A stretch of DNA of 64,000 nt from an uncultured Pseudomonadales bacterium (GTDB lineage: Bacteria > Patescibacteriota > Microgenomatia > UBA1400 > UBA1449). Position numbers and translations under genes: made by a program. Position 1 is the stretch's first letter. Every line of letters begins with the position of its first letter. The notes beneath the pieces were generated by a model. The model did not search any database. It was not told where the DNA came from and saw nothing but the letters and a program-made list of their open reading frames with translations. The stretch is from the NCBI GenBank assembly GCA_964386355.1, contig CAYLQQ010000001.1, forward strand, positions 76,256-140,255, given 5' to 3'. Shown in pieces: positions 56,585 to 64,000 of this stretch.

Positions 56585-57850
56585 TTATAATGCGAGTTTG
56601 CTTACCCATTTATCCGGACCAATTGCAGCTAAATTCTCGGCTTTAGGTTCAAATAGCTGGATAGCCAAGCGTTTTACATCTTCACTTGTAACCGCATCTA
56701 TACCCGTGATTACTTGGGAAATTGACCTGGTTTTACCCTCCAAAAGCATATCTTCCCCATAAAAACTGGCAACCTCGCTTGAGTCTTCCAAGCCTAAGAG
56801 CAAGTGCCCTTTCAGGTACTCTTTACCTTTATCAAGTTCTTTATCAGAAATGCTTTTTTGCTTGAGCTTATCAAACTCAGCTTGAGCCAGTTTGACTACT
56901 TCAGAGGCTGATTCTGGCTTGGTTCCCGCACGCATAATAAAATACCCTGTTTCTGTAAAGGCATCTGCCATGGAGCCCACGTAGTAAGCAAGTCCCCGTT
57001 TTTCTCTGATCTCAGTAAATAATCTTGAGCTCATTCCACCACCTAAAACCGCATTTAACACAGATAGTACGTAGCGGTCCTTATTTCCTTTACCAAACGA
57101 CCTAAAGCCATAGACAAGATGACACTGTTCTGTATCTTTAGAAATTTGGCGTACAATTGGCTTTGTTTGCTCATAGGTATAGGTTACTGGATCAAACTCA
57201 GTTCTCTGGTGAACACTACCAAAGCTATTTGCAATTTTTGTATCCAAATCGTGTATATGATTAATACCTCCCGCTACTGCAAGCACCATCCTGTTGGGTG
57301 TGTACAAATAGCTATAATAATCCATAAAATCATCCCGCTTTAGTTTACGAACAATATCGCTTTTCCCAAGTGTATCCCATCCAAGGGTGCTCTTAAAAAA
57401 CATCAGGTTAAAAAATTCCCGGATTACTTTGTTTTGCGGCTGGTCTTCATACATCCGAATCTCTTCCAATATTACACCCCGCTCAATTTCCAGCTCAGCC
57501 TCAGGTATCGTAGGGTGAAACATAAGCTGGGAAACAACTTCAAAAGCAACGTCAGCTGATTCAACTGAGGATTTTACGTAATACCCGGTATATTCTTTAT
57601 CAGTAAAGGCATTTAGTACACCCCCGACTTGGTCAACGGTAGCTGAAATATCCATGGCGGTCTTGTACTTTTGGGTTCCTTTAAACACCATGTGCTCTAA
57701 AAAGTGGGAAATACCGTTATTAACCCGTGTCTCATAGCGGGTTCCTGCTTTGACAAGACCTAATACGGTCACTGATTGCAATCCTTCAACAGGAACAAGG
57801 ACGCACGTTAAACCATTTGATAATTGGGTGATTTTGGGAGGGTTATTCAT
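56585..57850 (-). CDS. M16 family (pitrilysin/insulinase-like) zinc peptidase
   Basis: HFLEHMVFKGT (inverted HxxEH zinc motif); ~420 aa. Confidence 0.8.
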   Translation of the reverse strand: MNNPPKITQLSNGLTCVLVPVEGLQSVTVLGLVKAGTRYETRVNNGISHFLEHMVFKGTQKYKTAMDISATVDQVGGVLNAFTDKEYTGYYVKSSVESADVAFEVVSQLMFHPTIPEAELEIERGVILEEIRMYEDQPQNKVIREFFNLMFFKSTLGWDTLGKSDIVRKLKRDDFMDYYSYLYTPNRMVLAVAGGINHIHDLDTKIANSFGSVHQRTEFDPVTYTYEQTKPIVRQISKDTEQCHLVYGFRSFGKGNKDRYVLSVLNAVLGGGMSSRLFTEIREKRGLAYYVGSMADAFTETGYFIMRAGTKPESASEVVKLAQAEFDKLKQKSISDKELDKGKEYLKGHLLLGLEDSSEVASFYGEDMLLEGKTRSISQVITGIDAVTSEDVKRLAIQLFEPKAENLAAIGPDKWVSKLAL

Positions 57851-57941
57851 AACCTGAGATTATAGCTAATCAAGTGTAAGATAGGAATTAGGAAATTAAA
57901 AAAAGCAAGCCTAAAAAATAAGTACAGACAGTATTGGGCTG

Positions 57942-58586
57942 TTATTTTATAAATAAACTCCTGATCCAGTTAATAACTCGACTAAAGAAGTTTTTTTCGT
58001 TCAGTGCTTCTGTAGTCATCGCAGGTTCAGTAGTTGCGTGTGGACTGCTTATTTGCCCGAAACTGTCATAAGTTCCTGATACGGTAGGCTCTGTCGGATT
58101 ATGTACCCTACTTATGAGCCTAATGGAAAATAAGTCAGTTCTACCTTGAGAGACTGTAATGCTTCCACCCTGTATCAGAGGTATGTATGCAACTGCAGCT
58201 GTCCCGGTGGAAGGATTGATGCTTTGAACAGGAGAAAGGCTATGATTGCCCTGCCTGAGGCCATACGCTTGGTCAAAATCGTACTGAACCGGATCCCAAG
58301 TGATCTTAGCCGCCATTGTTTGCGTAGTACCGCCCTGAGACTCCATGACTACCGTTACTATTGTTCCGCTTTTGGCCACCAACGTAGAGGATGCTGGGTT
58401 ACTAATAAGTGAGAATACTGGATTATTTTGGTTTTTATCAACATAGTTTATTGCCTGAACTTCTCTGTCAATAAGAAGTAATCCACCAGTACCCATACCT
58501 AAAGCAATAATTATTAGAGCCAGAAAATTCAATTTGTACAGAAATTGCTTGGGAAATTTAAAAATACAGTTTCGAGCAAGTTTCAT
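57942..58586 (-). CDS. Membrane-anchored surface protein with one cohesin-like beta-sandwich module
   Basis: TM FLALIIIALGMGTGGLLLI. Module ...KITWDPVQYDFDQAYGLRQGNHSLSPVQSINPSTGTAAVAYIPLIQGGSITV... is homologous to the repeats in 60043..62118. Confidence 0.55.
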   Translation of the reverse strand: MKLARNCIFKFPKQFLYKLNFLALIIIALGMGTGGLLLIDREVQAINYVDKNQNNPVFSLISNPASSTLVAKSGTIVTVVMESQGGTTQTMAAKITWDPVQYDFDQAYGLRQGNHSLSPVQSINPSTGTAAVAYIPLIQGGSITVSQGRTDLFSIRLISRVHNPTEPTVSGTYDSFGQISSPHATTEPAMTTEALNEKNFFSRVINWIRSLFIK

Positions 58587-58591
58587 AAGGA

Positions 58592-60022
58592 TTACTGCCT
58601 AAATGGCGGTGCCAAAGGATCTTGTGGCGACTGCTGTGGTTCTTGCGGCTGCACATATCCCTGCATGTCTTGTGGCGCTTGCGGAACCTGCGGATCTTGG
58701 ACCATTTGCTCACCTTCTGCATTAAAATTTTGCTGAAGAGGCGGTAGTTCCTGATCATTTCCACCTCTAATAAATCTAACAAGCATAATACCTAAGATCA
58801 CCAGGACTACAAGTCCAATCCATGGCAGTATCTTGGCTAAGGTGAGCAGCAAACTCCCACCTCCTTGCTCGCTTGGCGCAATGGTAGCAACAGGCTCAAC
58901 TGTAGGTGTTGGCTGATTCCAGCTTTCTGTATCCCAATCATCATACAAACCAGAAGAAGTGGCCTGCGGTGGGGTTTCAAGAATAAAGGGTGTAGAAGTT
59001 GGAGCGAGCGTAGCTCGTGGAGCAACTGTTGGACGAGGAGTAGTACGTACTGTTGAGCCAGTACCACCGGAATATGTGGCTTTACCCGCAACTGCCTTTG
59101 CACCGTCTGAATATCCCGAAGACGCACAATCATTTACGGAAGTAACTACAAAATAGTACAAGACACCAGGTCTTAATCCTGTGACGAGAAACTGGTCAGT
59201 ATTGCCTATATTGGGACTGCCGTATTTAAAATCCATCCATTTTTCTCCAAATGTAACGGTGTAATGTGTCGTATTTTCTGTCCTAGTCCAGGTCAGTTTG
59301 ACCGTGCCCGGTTTTACTCCGGTTGTAGCAACCAGGTTAGTTGGTCTAGATGGATATTCTTTTGTACACCAGGGACCCCGGTATGGTTCTGATCCGGTGG
59401 TTGGTATGCTTGGACTACCTCCACCTGTACCGTCAGATATGTTTGTGTATAACGCCCCTTCTGAACCGCGACAAGTAAATACATTATCACCTCGCTTGTA
59501 AATACCACTGTTTGCACAATCAATCGTGAACTGGATCTCGTCTTTACTAAGAGGTGTAAACTCAATATTGGCAAAGTACCCAGTCCCGTTATACGTTTGC
59601 TCTAAACTGGTAAACAAACCGCTGACCCGGATAATCCCGTTAGAATTGTCTGCATAGGTATTTACGTATTTGTTAAAAACCACTCCATCAGTTTTTGGAT
59701 TTCCATCTACTCTAACCCGATTTTTATCATACTTAATCACAATATCAGCAGAATCAACAGCGTGACTGGCTGTATTTATCTCAATTCTAAATGTACTTTT
59801 TGTATCTTTTCGTAAAGCAGTTTCATTTTGTATGAGCCTAAATATTGCATTTGCTGTTTCTCCCACAAACACCTCAGGTATTGCATCTGATGAGGTAGTC
59901 ACATCCCGCTTGTCAGGCACACCGTATATAGATATTCCTATAATCACTATCCCAAAAAGCAGAAGTAACGCCATGGATATAAACGAAATAAGCCGGGAAT
60001 GTTTGTTAGCAGCAGGTTTCAT
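58592..60022 (-). CDS. Type I membrane surface protein: N-terminal signal anchor, cohesin-like module, FN3 domain, Pro-rich linker, C-terminal TM plus Pro/Gln-rich cytoplasmic tail
   Basis: DIVIKYDKNRVRV...ANIEFTPLSKDEIQFTID (cohesin-like); TVKLTWTRTENTTHYTVTF...LRPGVLYYFVVTSV (FN3); C-terminal TM LPWIGLVVLVILGIMLV. Confidence 0.6.
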   Translation of the reverse strand: MKPAANKHSRLISFISMALLLLFGIVIIGISIYGVPDKRDVTTSSDAIPEVFVGETANAIFRLIQNETALRKDTKSTFRIEINTASHAVDSADIVIKYDKNRVRVDGNPKTDGVVFNKYVNTYADNSNGIIRVSGLFTSLEQTYNGTGYFANIEFTPLSKDEIQFTIDCANSGIYKRGDNVFTCRGSEGALYTNISDGTGGGSPSIPTTGSEPYRGPWCTKEYPSRPTNLVATTGVKPGTVKLTWTRTENTTHYTVTFGEKWMDFKYGSPNIGNTDQFLVTGLRPGVLYYFVVTSVNDCASSGYSDGAKAVAGKATYSGGTGSTVRTTPRPTVAPRATLAPTSTPFILETPPQATSSGLYDDWDTESWNQPTPTVEPVATIAPSEQGGGSLLLTLAKILPWIGLVVLVILGIMLVRFIRGGNDQELPPLQQNFNAEGEQMVQDPQVPQAPQDMQGYVQPQEPQQSPQDPLAPPFRQ

Positions 60023-60042
60023 ATCAAACTTTTGATCAATAC

Positions 60043-62118
60043 TTAATTATCATCAGGCCTGCTCAGCAGAACCTCACGGACGATTGAGTAGTCCAATAAA
60101 TTGACCACTCCATCATAGTTCACATCAGCAATATTAAGCTTGGATGCTTCGGGAGCTGTCAAAGAGGTGATATTGTTGAATATGGCTGAAAGATCATATT
60201 CGTTAGCCAAACCATCCTGAGCTGTCTGATTCCATGGCAGATCTCCGGGCATAAGCGGATAGGCAGTAAGGTCAATATTTGTGTTTGTACCTGGAATACT
60301 ATTCACCCTTCTTCTCAGGTGTTTTGGACCTTTGATACGAATAGCCAAATCTCCAGTATAATTTCCCAGGTCAAAAACAATAGGACCTGCAGTAAAGGTT
60401 CCACTAGTTACCGTTCCGCTGCGGAATACACCATTTGTATCAGATTCAAATGTTACAGTTTTTGTTTGTAAAGGAGTATTCCCACCGGAAGGAAGAACAT
60501 CAACTACAGCCTGAATAGACACACCCGGCTTGCTAACTTTGTAGAGCTTTGCCTTGATATTCAATCCTTGGGATGGGTCAGGATCGGTGCTAGACGTTAC
60601 TTGAATGGAATTTACGTAGCTGCAAGCACCACTAACAGATCCAAGTGTTGTAAGAATACGGTACTTAGGAGTAAATGTACCTGTTTGAGTGTATGTATGC
60701 GTAATATATCCATTGGGGGATGGATCAAAATAATCAGTATCCCAAGTCCCATCACCCTCAAAATCAACCTGGTACCCTTGTATTCCGCCTGTACCATCCA
60801 CTCCTCCACCAACATAGATGTATGCAGAAAGTGGCGCCGCACCGACAACTGTTTCCCGGTACTCATATTCTCCTTTGGAAATATAAATATTAGCTGAGCA
60901 TCTTGGAACTGAATTTACACATCTTCCATCTACACACCCTTGTCCGGTACCACAGGTAACGTTGCTACATGCATCACTTGTTTTACATGTCTTTGAAGTA
61001 GCATCCCAGCACCCGTTAGGACAGTCACAGCTCGTAGTAAACGCTTGGGTGCATGCTGATCCCCTATTGCAGAGATCTGCACAGCCATCACTAAACTCTC
61101 TCCAAGTTCCACCTGCAGCAGCACATGCTTGCTGTTCACTAGGGTTGGTATCACCAACATATTCAATTTGGCCAGTACCTACAGGCATGCTTGGATTGGA
61201 AACCTTACTGATTAGTTTAATAGAAAAAAGGTCAATGTTACCTGAAACTACAGTTATATCTCCACCCTGGACCATGGGAATGTAAGCTACTGAGGCAAAG
61301 CCTTCACTGGTATTGATAGTCTGTACGGGATTGAAACCGTGCGAAGCCTGCCGTAACCCATAGGTCTGGTCAAAGGTGTACTTGGCTGGGTCCCAGCTGA
61401 TTTTAGCAGCTATGGTTTGTGCCTTGCCTGCTGTGCTGCTCATTTTCATGGTGACCACCGTGCTGGCATTGGCTGCTATGCTTGTAGCTGTAGGATTTGT
61501 GGAAATTGAAAAGGCAGAAGACTGCTCACAATCCACTGCACAGCTGGTAGCTGTCTCTCCACTCTCACAAACGTTGTTGCCACAGCTTGAGCTAGCTACA
61601 AAGCCATCATAGGTCCCTGTTGCAGCAGGGGTTGTGGGGTTAGCTACTTTGGCAGTCAGCTTAATGGTAAACAGGTCTACATTTCCTCCAGGCAGAGTTA
61701 TATCTCCACCCTGGACCATGGGAATGTAAGCTACTGAGGCAAAGCCTTCACTGGTATTGATAGTCTGTACGGGATTGAAACCGTGCGAAGCCTGCCGTAA
61801 CCCATAGGTCTGGTCAAAGGTGTACTTGGCTGGGTCCCAGCTGATTTTAGCAGCTATGGTTTGCACTGTACCAACACCACTAGACATTTTCATATTGACC
61901 ACAGTACTAGCGTTAGCTGATAGAGTAGTTGCCGAGGGGTTAGACGAGAGAGAGAAAGTAGGCTCACCAGTGGTCCCTCCGACAAATATATCGGGTTGAG
62001 TTTGCTGCTTATGCTGAATAAGATACTGTATTACCAGAGATAAGGGAGCTAAAATCATAATCGCAACTGCGATTATGATTTTAGAATTTACTTGAGTGGT
62101 TTTGGGTGTCTGTTTCAT
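60043..62118 (-). CDS. Secreted surface protein with two near-identical cohesin-like modules, Cys-rich CExGET..C..DC linker, beta-sandwich region and C-terminal dockerin-like Ca-binding loop
   Basis: Signal anchor; repeats ...KISWDPAKYTFDQTYGLRQASHGFNPVQTINTSEGFASVAYIPMVQGGDIT... x2. C-terminal DVNYDGVVNLLDYSIV (D-x-N-x-D-G-x-x-N-x-x-D). Confidence 0.65.
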   Translation of the reverse strand: MKQTPKTTQVNSKIIIAVAIMILAPLSLVIQYLIQHKQQTQPDIFVGGTTGEPTFSLSSNPSATTLSANASTVVNMKMSSGVGTVQTIAAKISWDPAKYTFDQTYGLRQASHGFNPVQTINTSEGFASVAYIPMVQGGDITLPGGNVDLFTIKLTAKVANPTTPAATGTYDGFVASSSCGNNVCESGETATSCAVDCEQSSAFSISTNPTATSIAANASTVVTMKMSSTAGKAQTIAAKISWDPAKYTFDQTYGLRQASHGFNPVQTINTSEGFASVAYIPMVQGGDITVVSGNIDLFSIKLISKVSNPSMPVGTGQIEYVGDTNPSEQQACAAAGGTWREFSDGCADLCNRGSACTQAFTTSCDCPNGCWDATSKTCKTSDACSNVTCGTGQGCVDGRCVNSVPRCSANIYISKGEYEYRETVVGAAPLSAYIYVGGGVDGTGGIQGYQVDFEGDGTWDTDYFDPSPNGYITHTYTQTGTFTPKYRILTTLGSVSGACSYVNSIQVTSSTDPDPSQGLNIKAKLYKVSKPGVSIQAVVDVLPSGGNTPLQTKTVTFESDTNGVFRSGTVTSGTFTAGPIVFDLGNYTGDLAIRIKGPKHLRRRVNSIPGTNTNIDLTAYPLMPGDLPWNQTAQDGLANEYDLSAIFNNITSLTAPEASKLNIADVNYDGVVNLLDYSIVREVLLSRPDDN
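61254..61869 (-). repeat. Recent intragenic duplication: ~165-bp identical blocks at ~61254..61419 and ~61706..61869 encoding the cohesin-like module core
   Basis: atatctccaccctggaccatgggaatgtaagctactgaggcaaagccttcactgg...cagctatggtttg is identical in both places. Confidence 0.8.
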
Positions 62119-62138
62119 GATTCAGAATAGCAAATTTG

Positions 62139-63890
62139 TTACCACTGCATTGTATTAAGTACGATTATGATGGCCGGACCAATCTGAGCATCGGTAAACT
62201 CTGTCCCCCATTTATTGAGGATATATACAATATCCTGTATCGTTACCGTGCCATTCCGGTCGTAGTCGCCCTTGATCTGACACGTGTTTGCATGCCACAT
62301 GCAGTCAGTTCTACCAGTGCAGGTAGTTTGAGATGTGACCCCAGAACACGTTGTTCCTCCACAGTCTGCTGCACAGTTTGCTGTTGTTTCACCTGCTTCA
62401 CAATAGCCGTTTAGTTCACACTTACTTACGGGGGTTATACAAGCAGAACCATTCCAGCATTTCCCGATTCCACACTGACAACTGTACTTTGTCAAATCTA
62501 CTACATCAATATTTGTTGATCCGGCACATAAGCTTGCAGCCAAAGTTTGACGTGTTGAATATTTGGCAGGCTCTCCTCCCTGCTCTCGGCAGGTCGTGCC
62601 ACCCTGGATATTTGTTAAAGGAATACAACTGCTTACATCCCAGAAACAGTCATTACGGGCTTGACAATTAGTTTGACTTAAGCCTGGGCATGACAGCGAG
62701 CTAACGGTAAATGTGCCTGGTCCAAATAGATTATTTTCATCAGACTCCATAACAGTATTAGTTGAATCAACTAATACATACATCTTATGCTCACCTACGC
62801 TAAGTGTATTTGCAGCAAACGTATGGGTCGCTTCAGCAGTACCACCAGGGTTAAGAGTCGCGCTGGTAAAGGTTTTAGTACTGGCTGTTGAGTTGGTTGG
62901 TGGAACAGTAGCCGGATCTACAAATAGCTTGTACGTGAATCCATTGGCTGATGCATCACCTATATTTTTGACTGTAACTTTTATCGAGACTGTGTCAGTG
63001 GTTTTGGGCTGTGTTGGAGTAACTACCACTGAATGTGAGATCAGGTTGGGCTTATTTGTACCAGGAGGGTTAACGCAGGCTGTTCGTGCATCATTGAGCA
63101 CCATTCCGGCCGGACAACAGTCATAAATATTGTCAATAGCAGATTTGGAAAGACATTTTATTGTATTAGGATCAGCATTCTGTAAAGATTTAAATGTACA
63201 GGATCTTCCGCTTGGACACAAAGGATTATTGCATGTATTAGGATCAAATTTGCCATATGAATTACAATATTGAAGAGCTGGAGTGCTACCTGCTAATGTA
63301 AAATCATTTGCCAGAGCTACCTGATTAGCTGATGAGTCTTCAAGGGATATAACGTTATTGGGGCTGATAGCTACAAGCTTAGTTTCATTAGTATTCTTTC
63401 GGAAAAATTTAAATGTATACAGTTTTAAAGGAGTTGTGCCCGTCTGCTGCAAAGCTGCAGTGGCATTTGATGCTAAAAATGACATGGTTATTTTACCTGT
63501 CGTGTACGACTGTGTCCTAACGGTACCTCCATCAGGGACATCCGTCATAATATTTGTAATTGCATCACCACGAGTAAAGCCTCTCAACTCAAGATCTGCA
63601 GTCGGAAACGAGTAATCAATATCAATACCAACTATTTTTTTAGTCGCAGTACCAGTTTTTTGCTTGATCATAAGATCCAGAACCTGTAGACCTGTATTAT
63701 CAACACCGCCATTTACAAAGTACAGTTCCATCTGTGCGCTTGTTGGGCCTTCCTGTACGAACTGTTCTGACCCCTTTTGTACAGGAGCCATTGATTTTGT
63801 ACGTACTAAAATGAGAGATCCGATAATAACTAAGGCTAAAACACTCAGCATTGATATGATATATATTTTATGAAGGGACGTTTGGTTCAT
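62139..63890 (-). CDS. Secreted surface protein: cohesin-like module, CARDB domain, multiple Cys-rich modules, C-terminal dockerin-like loop
   Basis: Signal anchor. CARDB-like VSIKVTVKNIGDASANGFTYKLFVD...VLVDSTNTVMESDENNLF. CELNGYCEAGETTANCAADCGG. C-terminal GDYDRNGTVTIQDIVYIL. Confidence 0.6.
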   Translation of the reverse strand: MNQTSLHKIYIISMLSVLALVIIGSLILVRTKSMAPVQKGSEQFVQEGPTSAQMELYFVNGGVDNTGLQVLDLMIKQKTGTATKKIVGIDIDYSFPTADLELRGFTRGDAITNIMTDVPDGGTVRTQSYTTGKITMSFLASNATAALQQTGTTPLKLYTFKFFRKNTNETKLVAISPNNVISLEDSSANQVALANDFTLAGSTPALQYCNSYGKFDPNTCNNPLCPSGRSCTFKSLQNADPNTIKCLSKSAIDNIYDCCPAGMVLNDARTACVNPPGTNKPNLISHSVVVTPTQPKTTDTVSIKVTVKNIGDASANGFTYKLFVDPATVPPTNSTASTKTFTSATLNPGGTAEATHTFAANTLSVGEHKMYVLVDSTNTVMESDENNLFGPGTFTVSSLSCPGLSQTNCQARNDCFWDVSSCIPLTNIQGGTTCREQGGEPAKYSTRQTLAASLCAGSTNIDVVDLTKYSCQCGIGKCWNGSACITPVSKCELNGYCEAGETTANCAADCGGTTCSGVTSQTTCTGRTDCMWHANTCQIKGDYDRNGTVTIQDIVYILNKWGTEFTDAQIGPAIIIVLNTMQW

Positions 63891-63904
63891 ATAGGTACCT
63901 CTAG

Positions 63905-64000
63905 TTATTTAGTATATTCAAATACAGCTTTTTTAAGTTCTCTGTAGTCAAGAGCATTAATTTTCTCATCTTTATTAAAATCTTTGCTGGCATCAAATGT
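63905..64000 (-). CDS. 3' end of a further surface-protein gene (runs off window) ending in a dockerin-like loop
   Basis: Hand translation ...TFDASKDFNKDEKINALDYRELKKAVFEYTK-stop; DFNKDEKINALD fits D-x-N-x-D-x-x-x-N-x-x-D. Confidence 0.45.
   Translation of the reverse strand, partial: TFDASKDFNKDEKINALDYRELKKAVFEYTK

Noticed and set aside
58545-58782. Cys/Gly-rich 63-aa plus ORF (CGDCCGSCGCTYPC) and 74-aa minus ORF
   Set aside because: They overlap the Pro/Gln-rich C-terminal tail coding region of 58592..60022 in other frames. Frame-shifted low-complexity artefacts.

Overview
Low-GC (~40%) bacterial chromosomal window with weak Shine-Dalgarno usage. Likely a Patescibacteria/CPR-like organism; this is inferred from the gene content and not provable from the window. 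Standard genetic code: TAA, TAG and TGA are all used as stops.

Housekeeping content: secE-nusG-rplK-rplA...rplJ-rplL, rpmB, rpmG, ndk, galU, dgkA, zupT, two mreB paralogs, a WecB/TagA glycosyltransferase, an M16 peptidase, an M50 protease, MFS and EamA transporters, two TrmB-family regulators, and seven tRNA genes.

Accessory content is dominated by very large secreted Cys-rich proteins:
- 1..10823 (minus strand): two giant paralogous surface proteins (one running off the window) with PKD-like tandem repeats and a shared C-terminal domain, flanking a small secreted Hedgehog/Hint (Hog/BIL)-type protein and a Tat-signal protein.
- 57942..64000 (minus strand): five consecutive surface-protein genes sharing a cohesin-like beta-sandwich module, three of them ending in single dockerin-like Ca-binding loops.

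Other unusual structure:
- tRNA genes flanked by degenerate partial tRNA copies that carry a dispersed 'AGCGTAGCGAA..TCCAG'-plus-hairpin repeat family.
- A free-standing HTH/LAGLIDADG-like ORF wedged between tRNA-Thr and tRNA-Tyr, overlapping the tRNA-Tyr 5' end.
- A 1.5 kb AT-rich ORF-free spacer splitting rplKA from rplJL.
- Three degenerate copies of the rplL 3' end with terminators, followed by an orphan excisionase-family HTH gene.
- An identical 19-bp direct-repeat box (ACTCAA-N5-ACTCAA) upstream of two genes next to an orphan OmpR-type winged-helix regulator.

All protein-family calls come from motif recognition by eye; no database search was possible.
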